From Terriglobia bacterium (lineage in GTDB: Bacteria > Acidobacteriota > Terriglobia > 20CM-2-55-15), in the NCBI GenBank assembly GCA_965218585.1, contig CBDCLE010000009.1, positions 96,001-160,000 on the forward strand: a stretch of 64,000 bases of DNA. Reading direction: 5' to 3'. The position numbers and the translations under genes were made by a program. Under the pieces are notes generated by a model, which did not search any database, was not told the origin of the DNA, and saw only the letters and a list, made by a program, of their open reading frames with translations. Every line of letters begins with the position of its first letter. Position 1 is the stretch's first letter. Shown one piece after another: positions 38,668-49,035 of the stretch.

Positions 38668-39717
38668 TCATAGTGCATCGGTTGGCGGCGCCAGCAGGAC
38701 GAGGCGTCCGTCGAGGCCCGAAGACACGAGCACCTCGTTGTTCGCGCCCACGATCACTCCTTCGACTCCGGGCAGGCGCTCGATAAGCGCCATACCGGCC
38801 TCAGGTCCCAGGATAAACACTCCTGTTGAGAGTCCGTCGGCAACAGCGGCACTATCGGTCACGATAGTCACGCTTCGGGAACCCTCGGCGGGTTCGCCGG
38901 TCACCGGGTCGATGATGTGATGATAACGGCGGCCGTCCCTTATGAAAAACCGTTCGTAATCGCCGGACGTGCTGAAGGTGGTGTCGGTCACGTCCAGGGC
39001 CGCAAAAATCTGGTCTTCGGGTCCGCGTGGATCGCGGATGCCCAATCGCCACATCCGGTCGCCGCGGCTGCCCCCCACGTACAGGTCGCCACCAAACTGA
39101 ATCATGAAATCGTTGAAGCCACGACTGCGAAGAATGTCCGCAGCCCGGTCGACCGCGTAGCCTTTTCCGATGCCGCCCAGGCTTGCGATCATGCCCTCGC
39201 GGTTGAGAAAGGCCGTTCCTTCCTGTTCGTCGACTTCGAGGCCACGGTAGTTGATGAACCCGATGCGGCGCAGAACTTCATCGCGATCCGGAATCGATTC
39301 GTTTCGGTCCTGGTAATCAAAACTCCAGAGCCCGGACATTACGCCGAACGTCACATCGAATCTTCCGTCGGTCCATTCGCTGACTTGTCGCGCGGTCTTC
39401 AATACATCACGGATTTCAGCGCCGACCCTAACGGGGTGCTGGCCGGCTGCCGCGTTCAACCGCTGAATGTCGCTGCCCTCTGCCCATGTGCTCAATAATT
39501 CTTCAAGGCGATCGAATTCCTGAAAGATCGACTCGAAAGCGTCCAGTGCTCCCGCTTCGTTCCCAGTCCACGTGGTCAGGTCAAGCCGGGTTCCCATGGA
39601 ATCGTGGCTTTGCTCGACCAGACTCGGGCCCGGTATCGCGGGCTGGGAACAACCAGCGACCCAGAGTAAAACGATGGCGGGAGCAAGACGAACGAAGGCC
39701 ATCAATCTGCCGGTCAT
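38668..39717 (-). CDS. apbE: FAD:protein FMN transferase (lipoprotein)
   Basis: Lipobox VAGC, MGT, G.FD.T, LGGIGKGYAVD, GGDL, STSGDYERFF, RYHHIIDP.TG.P, ADGLST. Confidence 0.93.
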   Translation of the reverse strand: MTGRLMAFVRLAPAIVLLWVAGCSQPAIPGPSLVEQSHDSMGTRLDLTTWTGNEAGALDAFESIFQEFDRLEELLSTWAEGSDIQRLNAAAGQHPVRVGAEIRDVLKTARQVSEWTDGRFDVTFGVMSGLWSFDYQDRNESIPDRDEVLRRIGFINYRGLEVDEQEGTAFLNREGMIASLGGIGKGYAVDRAADILRSRGFNDFMIQFGGDLYVGGSRGDRMWRLGIRDPRGPEDQIFAALDVTDTTFSTSGDYERFFIRDGRRYHHIIDPVTGEPAEGSRSVTIVTDSAAVADGLSTGVFILGPEAGMALIERLPGVEGVIVGANNEVLVSSGLDGRLVLLAPPTDAL

Positions 39718-39782
39718 ACTGTTGAATTCTCCGGAATGCTCATTATGCGTGCCGCGCTCGAGCGTTGGCCGGAACGTTGTCA

Positions 39783-41135
39783 TCAGGAGTCGGCCCCAAT
39801 CTTCCCTTGTTTAGAAATCCCGTATGCCTTCATCTTCCGATGCAGGTAGCTGCGTTCCAAATCCAGGACACGCGCTGTTTGCGACACGTTCCAGCCGTTC
39901 TCGTCCAGTTTAGAGAGAATCAGGCCCCGCTCGTACTGGGCACGGGCTTCCTGAAGCGTGTGTCCGGATTCTGGGCCGGCTCCATTTGGAAGGGAAAGGC
40001 TTTCGACGAGGATCGTGTCCCCGGGGACCATGATGACCAATCGTTCGATTTCGTTTCTCAGCTCTCGCACATTGCCCGGCCATGAGTAGTTAGCCATGGA
40101 TTCGATTGCGTCGGGATCGAGCTGCTTTGAAATTCGTCCTTCTTCAGCGCAAAAAACGTCGATGAAATAGCGCGCCATGACGGGAATGTCCTTGTGACGT
40201 TCCCTCAATGGCGGCACGAAGAATGGAATCACGTTGAGTCGATAGAAGAGATCTTCCCGGAAACGGCCGGACTTGATCTCTTCGGCGAGGTTTTTGTTCG
40301 TGGCGGCAATGATCCGCACGTCGACGCTGTGTGTCGACTGTGCGCCGATAGGCTGGAACTTCTGCTGTTCGATCGCGCGTAAGACTTTGGCCTGGGTCTT
40401 GAGGCTCATGTCGCCCACTTCGTCCAGAAAAATCGTGCCACCTTCTGCCAGTTCGAACTTACCTTTCTTGTCCGATACGGCGCCGGTGAATGATCCCTTG
40501 GTGTGGCCGAAGAGTTCGCTTTCGATCAGATCCTCTGGAATAGCGGCACAGTTGACTTCGATGAACGGGCCGTTGCTGCGCCCGCTCTGGAAGTGTATGT
40601 TGCGGGCAACCAGTTCTTTGCCTGTTCCGCTTTCCCCATAGATCAAGACGCGGGAGTTTGTGGGGGCCACTACGGCGATTTGCTTTCGGAGAGCCTTGAT
40701 GGGAATACTCTCGCCGACGATGTGGTAGCGGGTCTCGATCTGCTGACGCAGGTCGGCATTTGTCTTTTCCAGTCGCCGGTGCGAAAGAGCGTTCCCCGCC
40801 GTCAGCAGGATGTGCTCGATCGACAACGGTTTCTCAACAAAGTCATAGGCTCCCAATTTTGTCGCCGACACTGCGGTGGCAATCGTCGCGTGACCGGAAA
40901 TCATAATGACGGCTGTCGCTGCATCCGTCTGGCGAAGCTGCCTGAGTGTTTCCAGGCCGTCGATGCCGGGAAGCCATACGTCGAGAAGTATGAGATCGTA
41001 GGCGCCTCCCTCTAACATTTCGAGACACGCTTCTCCTGTGGCTGCCACGTCGGCCGTGTAGCCTTCGTCTTCGAAGACGCCTTTCAGAGAGCGGCGGATG
41101 CCAGTCTCATCGTCAACAATCAGGACTCTTGGCAT
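39783..41135 (-). CDS. ntrX: NtrX-like sigma54-type response regulator (REC-AAA+-HTH)
   Basis: LIVDDE, LLDVW, ISGH, GESGTGKE, ELFGH.KGSFTGA, FREDLFYRLNV, Fis-type HTH. Confidence 0.88.
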   Translation of the reverse strand: MPRVLIVDDETGIRRSLKGVFEDEGYTADVAATGEACLEMLEGGAYDLILLDVWLPGIDGLETLRQLRQTDAATAVIMISGHATIATAVSATKLGAYDFVEKPLSIEHILLTAGNALSHRRLEKTNADLRQQIETRYHIVGESIPIKALRKQIAVVAPTNSRVLIYGESGTGKELVARNIHFQSGRSNGPFIEVNCAAIPEDLIESELFGHTKGSFTGAVSDKKGKFELAEGGTIFLDEVGDMSLKTQAKVLRAIEQQKFQPIGAQSTHSVDVRIIAATNKNLAEEIKSGRFREDLFYRLNVIPFFVPPLRERHKDIPVMARYFIDVFCAEEGRISKQLDPDAIESMANYSWPGNVRELRNEIERLVIMVPGDTILVESLSLPNGAGPESGHTLQEARAQYERGLILSKLDENGWNVSQTARVLDLERSYLHRKMKAYGISKQGKIGADS

Positions 41136-43222
41136 AGAGGGAGCTCAACCACAAATCTCGCGCCGCGCCGGCCGTTGGTTTCGGCGCCGATGTAGCCTCC
41201 GTGGTCGGCGACGATCCGGCCGGCAATAGCCAGGCCCAGACCCGTGCCATCTTTGCGGGTGGAAAAGTAGGGGGCGAACAGATGGTCCCTGTCTTCGGGA
41301 GCAACGCCGTGCCCGGAATCGGTCACCGTCAATCGGGCGGTGGTGTCGTCACGGACCAACTCGCATCCGATCGTTAGTTCCTTGTCATCCTGGCCTGACA
41401 TAGCCTCTAGCGCGTTATCGATCAAGTTGATCAGCACCCGTTTGATTTGCTGTCCATCCATCAACACGTCCGGCATGTCCTCGGGGAACTCGGTCCGGAC
41501 TAGTGTCCCGTTGAAGCGATCTTCGTAGAGTGCCAATGTGCGATCCACCAGATCTTTCATCGGGACGGGTTCGGGTTCTATGGCAGGCAGGCGTGCAACT
41601 CGACCGAATTCGTTGACGAGTTCTTTAAGGCTTCCCACCTCACCGACAATGGCGTCGACGCATTCCTGGATAACGTTGGTCGTGTGGTCGTCGACAGAAG
41701 GCAAACGTTCGAGGTTCCGCGCGATCCGCTCCGCGGAGAGTTGGATAGGTGTCAGTGGGTTTTTGATCTCGTGAGTCAGGCGCCTGGCCACTTCGCGCCA
41801 GGCTGTTGCTTTCTGGGCCTTGACGACTTCGGTGAGATCTTCGACAACCAGAACGAAGCCCCCGGTGGTCAGTTTGCTGGCGATCACTGCGCTGTGAACC
41901 GCGTGTCCGTGGGCTTTGAGTGTCATTTCGCGCGTCAGCATGCCTTCACGTTCGGCAACGCGCAGGAGTTCTCCAATCTGATCGAGATCATCGGGGACGA
42001 AAATGTCTTTGAGCGTTTCCGCGTGTTCGGTCGAAAACATCGTCCGCACCGCGCGGTTCATTTTCGTTACACGGTATTCGTCGTCGATGGATATGACACC
42101 GGTCGGTATGGATTCCAGGATGATTTCCGTATAACGGCGCCGTTCGTCCAGCTCCCGCGTCGTCAACTGCAGCTGGTCGGCCATATCATTGAACAATCCC
42201 ACCAGCATGCCGAGTTCGTCGTCTGCTTCCACGTTTACTCGATGATCGAGGTGTCCGGCGGATATCTCCCGTGTGGCTCCCGACAGTGCCTCGATCGGGA
42301 CTGTAATTCGCCGGGAGAGATGCAGCCCCGTCCAGACGGCAGCGAACAGGACGAGCGTTGTTATCAGGAGGAGGATGTTGACGTAGGTATCTCTGTAGAA
42401 TCGCTGGTTCTGGATCAGTTCGTTGTAGTTCAGTCTTTCTGACGCGATCGTTGCGGTGAGTTCTTCAAAAAGTTCGGGACCATAGAAGCGAGCCGCAAGG
42501 AATGTTTCAGTTCCTTCTATTGCCGCGACACCGACCAATGAACCGTCTTCGTCGATCGTCACGCTGCTTGTGGCGGACGAACGGGTCGGCCACTGACCCT
42601 GAATCTGCGCCTGAAATTCAATGGCCGAGGCCGAAGAATTCGACGAGCTTCTCAGGACCTCTCCCTCCGGATTGAGAACGACAATCGTTTCGATGGGGAA
42701 ACTGGCCAGTGCGGCACCGAGGTCTTCAGGAGTTTCGCGTGCGAGATACGTCAGGATCCCGGCCGCGATCGTTTCGTTTTCTGTAGCCCATTCGCTGCCG
42801 ATCTGTTCGGTCGTCTCCAGGATCGTATCGACTGGGACGCTGAACCACTTGTCGATACTCCGGTTGACCAGCCCGAAGGCAAACATGAACAGGAAAGTGG
42901 CAGGAATCAGTGTCAGGCCAATGAACGATAACACAAGCCGTGTCTTGAACTTAACGCCCGGTTTCTCACTCTTGTGTTCAACCCATAATTTGAACAGGCT
43001 CCTTGCCAGAACGAATCCGAATATGATCAGGACCAGGAATATGAATGTCGACAGGGAATAGAGCAGCAGGATCTGGCTGGGCAGCGACGCAGTTATGAAC
43101 GGTCCGAGGTTGAAAGCGGCCTGAACGAACACGAGCAACGCCAGACCCAGCAGGGCGACTCCGGCGAGGTAGAGTTTTCTCCTGTTCGACGACTCGCTCG
43201 ATGAGCTCCGAGGTGCTTGCAT
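41120..43222 (-). CDS. ntrY: NtrY-like sensor histidine kinase (HAMP-PAS-HisKA-HATPase)
   Basis: SIDKWFS, AWREVARRL.HEIKNPLTPIQLSAER, NLIDNA, PYFSTR..GTGLGL. Confidence 0.88.
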   Translation of the reverse strand: MQAPRSSSSESSNRRKLYLAGVALLGLALLVFVQAAFNLGPFITASLPSQILLLYSLSTFIFLVLIIFGFVLARSLFKLWVEHKSEKPGVKFKTRLVLSFIGLTLIPATFLFMFAFGLVNRSIDKWFSVPVDTILETTEQIGSEWATENETIAAGILTYLARETPEDLGAALASFPIETIVVLNPEGEVLRSSSNSSASAIEFQAQIQGQWPTRSSATSSVTIDEDGSLVGVAAIEGTETFLAARFYGPELFEELTATIASERLNYNELIQNQRFYRDTYVNILLLITTLVLFAAVWTGLHLSRRITVPIEALSGATREISAGHLDHRVNVEADDELGMLVGLFNDMADQLQLTTRELDERRRYTEIILESIPTGVISIDDEYRVTKMNRAVRTMFSTEHAETLKDIFVPDDLDQIGELLRVAEREGMLTREMTLKAHGHAVHSAVIASKLTTGGFVLVVEDLTEVVKAQKATAWREVARRLTHEIKNPLTPIQLSAERIARNLERLPSVDDHTTNVIQECVDAIVGEVGSLKELVNEFGRVARLPAIEPEPVPMKDLVDRTLALYEDRFNGTLVRTEFPEDMPDVLMDGQQIKRVLINLIDNALEAMSGQDDKELTIGCELVRDDTTARLTVTDSGHGVAPEDRDHLFAPYFSTRKDGTGLGLAIAGRIVADHGGYIGAETNGRRGARFVVELPLCQES

Positions 43223-43275
43223 CGTGTCCCTATGGTAACGTACCCCTCAATCGATAAGCACCTAAAGTTGCACAT

Positions 43276-44467
43276 ATGTCAAGACTTGGAGACATTCTGG
43301 TTGGAGAGAGTCTGGTCACCACAGAGCAACTTTCCGAAGCGCTCGAAGAACAAAGAAAAAACGGGGGGCGACTGGGTAGTTGTCTGGTTCGGCTCGGGCA
43401 CATCCCCGAAGAGACGATCACCGCCGTGCTTTCGAAGCAGTACGGGGTTCCATGCATCAATCTGGCCCATTTTGAGACCGATCCCGACGTGGCTGGGCTC
43501 CTGTCCCGGGACATAGCCGACCGTTATCAGGTGTTGCCTTTGAGCCAACTCGGATCCACGTTGACGATAGCCATGGTGGATCCGACCAACGTGATCGCGC
43601 TCGACGAGCTGAAGTTCATTACGGGAATGAACATTCAACCCCTGGTAGTGTCGGAATCCCAGCTCAAGGAGGCGATCCGGAAGCAATTCGGGACCTCCTA
43701 CGATTCCCGTCTCAAGAAGGCCTTCAAGGATCTGGCATTCGTCGACGATTCCAGCGTCGAAGTCATCGCCGAGGAAACAGAAGACCTCGACCTGGTCTCC
43801 CTGGAAAGGGAATCGGGAGAAGCTCCGATCGTGCGCCTGGTGAATCTGATTTTCCTGGATGCCGTAAAACGTGGGGCCAGCGACATTCATCTGGAGCCTT
43901 ACGAGAAAGAATTGCGGCTGCGGCTAAGGATCGATGGTGTTATGGAAACAGCCATGAATCCTCCAATCCAACTCCGTAACGCGATCACTTCCCGGATCAA
44001 AATCATGGCAGGTCTGGACATTTCAGAAAAACGCCTGCCGCAGGACGGACGGATTCGTGTTCGCCTGAGGATCGAAGACAGGCCCAGAGAACTTGATTTT
44101 CGAGTTTCCAGCCTGCCCACTCTGTTTGGTGAAAAAATCGTAATGAGGTTGTTGGATCGTGAGAATCTCATGTTCGATATGCGACGCCTGGGTCTGGAAC
44201 CGGAGTCACTGGAGAAGTTGGAACGTGCTGTAAGAAAACCATTTGGAATGGTTCTGGTCACCGGACCCACGGGCAGTGGAAAGACGAACACGCTCTATTC
44301 AGCGATCACCCAACTCAATAGGCCGGACGTGAATATCGTGACTGCGGAGGACCCCGTAGAGTTCAATCTGCCGGGAATCAACCAGGTCCAGATGAAGGAC
44401 CAGATCGGATTGAATTTCGCCACGGCACTTCGTTCTTTTCTTCGGCAGGACCCCAACATTATCCTAG
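43276..44467 (+). pseudogene. pilB: Type IV-A pilus assembly ATPase PilB, 3'-truncated by IS1380
   Basis: RLGDILV, GASDIHLEP, EKRLPQDGR, GPTGSGKT, EDPVE, LRQDPNIIL, then IS sequence instead of VGEIRD. Confidence 0.9.
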
Positions 44468-46204
44468 CCCGCATGTTTCACCAGTCCGGCGATCAGGGGG
44501 ATTTGGGCAGTAAGAATCGGATTCGGGAGGATCTGGGTTCGAATTGGGCATGTGTGGCGTGACTCGGCGGTGTCGACAAGCGGGAGTTGCTGCGTTTTCG
44601 GGTTCAGAAGAGGGTGACGAAACGCACTGAGACAAACCTCGGCGGAGCCGAAAAGAGCGAGTCGATTTTGGCGCAGGGGATCGGGTCGGTTCTCAGCAGC
44701 GCAGAGGAAGTGCCTGCAGGTTTCGATGGACGAGGGCAAAGACCTCGGCGTAGGGATAGGCTTCCGACATGGAGATCCAGATGTTGCGAACCGTCAGACG
44801 GACTTGAGCTCCGATCTTGAGGAGCTTCAAGCGGATCGTCTGGCACTGAGCGCGGGCCAGATCGGTATTCTTCAGTCCCAGACGGCGTAACGCGTGCAGG
44901 AGCATGTAGGCAGCCGAGGACAGATAGAGCCGGAGTTGATTGGCGCGCATGGTTGCCGCGCTGGTCCGGTCGGCGAATAGATCCAACTGCTGTTCCTTGA
45001 TGCGATTTTCCATGTCGCCCCGCGCACAGTAAAAGTCTTCATAGAGGGCGCGGGCGTCCAGGCGTTCCGGCGACAGTGAGGTCACAACGAATCGAGGATT
45101 GGCGCCTTTCTCCAGGAACTCGGCCTTGCCGATGACGCGTCGGGTGCAGGTCCAGCTCTTCCGAGTGCGATACCGGAAATCGTTAAACACCCGCGCCGGT
45201 TTCCCGGTGTCGTTAAACTCGGCTTCGGCCTGACTCATCGATTCAGCGATCTCGCGCTTGAGCCGATCGTTCTTGGCCAGACCCACCACGTAATCGACCT
45301 GGTGGGCCTCGCACCAACTCAGCAATTCATCCCGGCAAAAGCCCGAGTCGGCCCGGATGATAATCGACACCTCCGGCCAGCTCTGCCGGATCTGGCCGAT
45401 GATGCGGTTCAATTCCTCGACGGCGCCGTCCGCACCGTCGACATTGGAGCACCGCAACCGGGCGCATAGCAGATGCTCTCCCGAAAAGATGTAGAGCGGC
45501 AGATAACAGTAGTTGCCGTAGTAGCCGTGAAAGAACCGTCCTTCCTGATGGCCATGGATCGGATCATCGGTCGCATCCAGGTCCAGAACAATCTCCTCGG
45601 GCGCCGATCCGTGAGCCGCCACAAATGCATCCACCATCCAGCGGTCGATCTTGTCCGGGTCCATGGCCATCTTCTTGTACCGCTCCTTCCCATCGACTTG
45701 CTCCCCGGTCAGTTCCAACCGGTTCAGCGTACACTTGCCCGCCAACGCTTTTCCCCGGTCTCGGGCCTGCCGCCGCTTCTCCCCCAGTGGATCGGCCTTA
45801 TCCACCGCCACGGCCAGCATCGGATCGGTCCGCAGTTGGTCATGATCGTTCAGATCCTCGTAGCCCAGACAGAGTCCGTAGACGCGCTGCCCCAATAACT
45901 CGCTCACCGTGTGTTCGATCAACCTCGCGTCCCGGTAATCCCTGAAACACTCGGCCAGTCCGGCGATCAGACCCGTTCGCTTTTCCACTTCCCTCAACAG
46001 CAGAACCCCAGCGTCGGAGGTGATCTTTCCGCCGTCAAAACGCGCCTTCACTTTTCGTTGAAGAAGTCCGTGAAATTCGAACGTCGTTTGGTTACACTCT
46101 GTTCTCATAAGGGCCGTCTCCGTTTGGCTTGTTAAACGTTTATTTCAAAACGCTTTATGCCAGACAGGGCGGCCTTTTCTGGTCCTATCGGTGAAATATG
46201 CGGG
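44468..46204 (-). mobile_element. IS1380-family insertion sequence (1737 bp)
   Basis: TIRs CCCGCATGTTTCACC (44468-44482) and GGTGAAATATGCGGG (46190-46204), 14/15 match. Flanks are CTAG and CTAA. Confidence 0.92.
44693..46108 (-). CDS. IS1380-family transposase
   Basis: F.GG.ITSDAG, GYED.ND, LDLDATDDP.HG.QE, RADSGF, Y..RG.MEN.IKE. Confidence 0.93.
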   Translation of the reverse strand: MRTECNQTTFEFHGLLQRKVKARFDGGKITSDAGVLLLREVEKRTGLIAGLAECFRDYRDARLIEHTVSELLGQRVYGLCLGYEDLNDHDQLRTDPMLAVAVDKADPLGEKRRQARDRGKALAGKCTLNRLELTGEQVDGKERYKKMAMDPDKIDRWMVDAFVAAHGSAPEEIVLDLDATDDPIHGHQEGRFFHGYYGNYCYLPLYIFSGEHLLCARLRCSNVDGADGAVEELNRIIGQIRQSWPEVSIIIRADSGFCRDELLSWCEAHQVDYVVGLAKNDRLKREIAESMSQAEAEFNDTGKPARVFNDFRYRTRKSWTCTRRVIGKAEFLEKGANPRFVVTSLSPERLDARALYEDFYCARGDMENRIKEQQLDLFADRTSAATMRANQLRLYLSSAAYMLLHALRRLGLKNTDLARAQCQTIRLKLLKIGAQVRLTVRNIWISMSEAYPYAEVFALVHRNLQALPLRC

Positions 46205-46360
46205 CTAACGGGCTATATCTCTCATTGTTTCAATGCATTACCGCGACACTCGAAGCTAGCCGTTTTTCAATGTCCGACAAGATCGTTTGCGAGGACTTGA
46301 GAATTTTATAGCGACTAACTCCCTGCCTTAGTATCCTTTACCGAGATTTTCACGGTTCAT

Positions 46361-47725
46361 GAGGTCGTTCCAATCGGTGTGTAAAAAGAGAAGGCGGTGT
46401 ACGCTTTCAGTGAATTCGAAACCGTAAGCAATCCCGGCAGCAATCGGGAGAAAGGTACACCACCCATGAAGAAGAAGAACATACCGGCATCAGTGGCGTC
46501 AACGAACGCGTATGAAGGTTTGGAGGACTGGGCGCGATCCCGGGTCCAAGTCTGGCTACAGGAGCTGCTCGAGGACGAAGTCACTCAATTTCTGGGTCGG
46601 GAAAAGTCGGAGCGGAGTCCGAATCGACGAGGATACCGGAACGGTCACGGGAAGCCGCGACGCTTCGCAATGATGAACGGTACGATGGAGGTTCGACGAC
46701 CTCGGGTTCGAAACACCGCCGAGCGGTTCGAGAGTCAGATCCTGCCGTATTTTCGACGGAAATCGAAACAGCTGGGCGAGCTACTTCCCGATCTCTACCT
46801 CCACGGTCTGGCCACAGGGGACTTCGAGCAGGCCATGCGCGGACTGCTTGGCGCTGGCGCTCCGTTGTCGCGAGCATCGATCCAACGACTGAAATCGACC
46901 TGGCAGTTGGAGTATGACGAGTGGGTCCAGCAGGACCTGTCCGGCCTCGAGGTCGTGTACCAGTGGGCAGACGGCTTGTACGTGAAAGCGGGGATCGCGA
47001 AAGAGCGAGCGGCATTGCTGGTGATCATCGGAGCCTTGTCAGACGGGCGCAAAGTGGTGTTGGCCTGTGAGAGCGGGCAGCGGAAAAACAAGGAGTCCTG
47101 GAGCCGCATTCTGCGCAATCTCCAGAGACGGGGCCTGAAGCTGGGACGGCTGACTGTCGCGGACGGTCACCTGGGCATCTGGTCCGCGCTGGCCGAGCAA
47201 CAGCCCCAGGGCCAGGAACAACGCTGCTGGAACCACAAGTCGATCAACGTGGTCGATCATCTGCCGAAGACCGAGCAGCCCGCGGCCAGACAGCTGCTTC
47301 ATGGGATGGCCTTCGCGAACTCCCGCGCGGCCTGCGAACGAAAGCGGGATCAGTTCGTCCGCCGATATGAGAAGAACTATCCCAAAGCGGGTGAGACGCT
47401 GTTGCGGGACTGGGACCGGATGATTACTTTCTATGAGTTCCCGAAACAACACTGGGTGCATCTGAGAACGACCAACATCGTCGAGTCGCCCTTCGACATG
47501 GTTCGCCTCCGCACCAACGCCGCTCGCCGATTCAAGCGTGTCGAGAATGCAACGGCAATGATCTGGAAGCTACTACGTGTCGCTGAGAAGGCTTGGCGAC
47601 ACTTAAAAGGATCCGAACTCTTACAAGAGGTCTATGATGGTCAGCAATTCGCTGACGGCATCAGAGTCGTGATGAAATCGAAGGCCGCCGCCTGATGACT
47701 TTTACACACCTTTTGTAATGACCTC
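46361..47725 (+). mobile_element. IS256-family insertion sequence
   Basis: Imperfect TIRs GAGGTCGTTCCAATCGGTGTGTAAAA and TTTTACACACCTTTTGTAATGACCTC. No target-site duplication visible. Confidence 0.88.
46466..47695 (+). CDS. IS256-family transposase
   Basis: GYRNG, LYL.GL.TGDF, WADG, ADG.LG.W.AL, QRCW.HK, HLRTTN.VESPF. Confidence 0.93.
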   Translation: MKKKNIPASVASTNAYEGLEDWARSRVQVWLQELLEDEVTQFLGREKSERSPNRRGYRNGHGKPRRFAMMNGTMEVRRPRVRNTAERFESQILPYFRRKSKQLGELLPDLYLHGLATGDFEQAMRGLLGAGAPLSRASIQRLKSTWQLEYDEWVQQDLSGLEVVYQWADGLYVKAGIAKERAALLVIIGALSDGRKVVLACESGQRKNKESWSRILRNLQRRGLKLGRLTVADGHLGIWSALAEQQPQGQEQRCWNHKSINVVDHLPKTEQPAARQLLHGMAFANSRAACERKRDQFVRRYEKNYPKAGETLLRDWDRMITFYEFPKQHWVHLRTTNIVESPFDMVRLRTNAARRFKRVENATAMIWKLLRVAEKAWRHLKGSELLQEVYDGQQFADGIRVVMKSKAAA

Positions 47726-47901
47726 ACAAAAGGTCCGTCACTTCTTAACATATAGTAAGAACAAATAGTAATTAAGACATGTATTAAGCGCGGCGGGGAT
47801 TGTGAAAAAAATTAGAGAAAACATAAGAGGGCACCTTCAAAATGAACACCAAACTTCCACATAGCCACCAACGGTCGCCGCTAAACAATTTTTTGCCGTA
47901 G

Positions 47902-48060
47902 GTGCCCAGACTGAACAGGCAGATTGAGCGGCTCCGCCAAGTTCGTTATCCCGCTCCTGTGTCTACATCATCTTCCGGTGCACGGATGTCAAGCGCAGCC
48001 TACGACGGTCCTGGTGCCACCCACAACCGGAGCCGCTGACGACACCGGGCACGTTCGCCA
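47902..48060 (-). ncRNA. Putative structured RNA resembling an IS110 5' non-coding region (orphan)
   Basis: Nested stems 47927-47936/48028-48037 (10/10) and 47902-47909/48045-48052 (G.U only on the minus strand). The IS110 resemblance is from memory. Confidence 0.4.
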
Positions 48061-48405
48061 TTGTCGCTGACCACCACCAGTTGCCGGTCGAGTCCTCCGG
48101 CAACTCTCGCACCAGATCGCTACGCTCGCCCAAGCGCGGGTCTCATCCTTTTTTGCTGGGGTCGGACCTCCACGCTGTTCCCAGTGGCGGCTTCGCTATT
48201 CCTCCCGCGTCCGGATCTGCCGACTTCCCATGTTACCCGTCGTTGTAACCCCGTAGAATTCCTTGCGTTCGGTCACCGCCGCTCTTGAGCCCGGCGCGAT
48301 CGTCTTCAGGTCCATCTCTCTATAATTCCCTGCCCTCGGATCGAATCATTGCGCTCTGTTCCCTGCCCCGCAGGCATCCCGGCCATCGCAAAGAGTACAT
48401 CCGCA

Positions 48406-48800
48406 GTGCGCCAGGCTAACTGGTGCCAGTGCAGCCGATGAAAGTCCGGCGGGAAGGAGAAGGTGAGCCACCACTTCCACCCCGAGTCATGGGCCGCCAC
48501 CCATGAGGGCGAAGGTCAAGCGTTGACAGGGGTGCGTGTGGGCGGGGCTATTGAGCACCGAAAAGACTGATAGTTCGGGATGCCGAGGTCGTTGCGGAGT
48601 AGCCGAAGGCAGAATCCGACTCACCGCTATGGCGACGGGGGGAGCGGAATCCCGCGGTGTCGAAGAACCCACGTACGTACGCACTACACCGGAACCTGGG
48701 AGGTCTCCATGCCATCCCGCTGTCGTGGCGGGACGGCTGAGGAAAGGCGGAGGCCGTAACCGAAGATAAACGGTATGGAGAAGTCAGACTCGGGAACAGT
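48406..48800 (+). mobile_element. Group II intron 5' part (DI-DII-start of DIII), IIB/class E-like
   Basis: Starts GTGCG. Motifs GATGAAAGTCC, CCCCGAGTCATG, GCGTTGACAGGGG, TATTGAGC, GGAACCTGGGAGG. DII stem 48705-48713/48772-48780, then AAGTCAGAC. Confidence 0.8.
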
Positions 48801-49033
48801 GTGTGCTGGGCAGCGCCCAGATCAGGTGGGTTCAAGTCCCACTGGCGCTCGGGTAAGGGGCGCCATATCCAAAAGTGAGGGTAATTCCTCACTGGCCGGA
48901 GGAAGTGGATAAGCGAAACCCTAAATGGGCACGAAGTCGGAAACGGCGGAGACAGCCAAGGGAGGAGCTAGCTGGTTCACTGTCGAAAGACAACCGGAGG
49001 GCAGGGTGTCCACCGCGAGGTGGAATCTGAAGG
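48801..49033 (+). mobile_element. Second group II intron 5' part (IIC-like), nested in the first
   Basis: Starts GTGTG. Hairpins CTGGGC-AGC-GCCCAG and GTGGG-TTCAAGT-CCCAC. IIC-like GCAGGGTGTCCACCGCGAGGTGGAATCTGAAGG. Confidence 0.7.
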
Positions 49034-49035
49034 GC

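Noticed and set aside
44468-44562. C-terminal 31 aa of the predicted PilB ORF
   Set aside because: Read-through into the IS1380 end, not PilB sequence.
46205-46360. AT-richer spacer between IS1380 and IS256 (also 47726-47900)
   Set aside because: No ORF, repeat or terminus I can support; left unannotated.
48826-48843. GGGTTCAAGTCCC resembling a tRNA T-arm
   Set aside because: No acceptor, D or anticodon arms. It fits a group II intron domain I hairpin.
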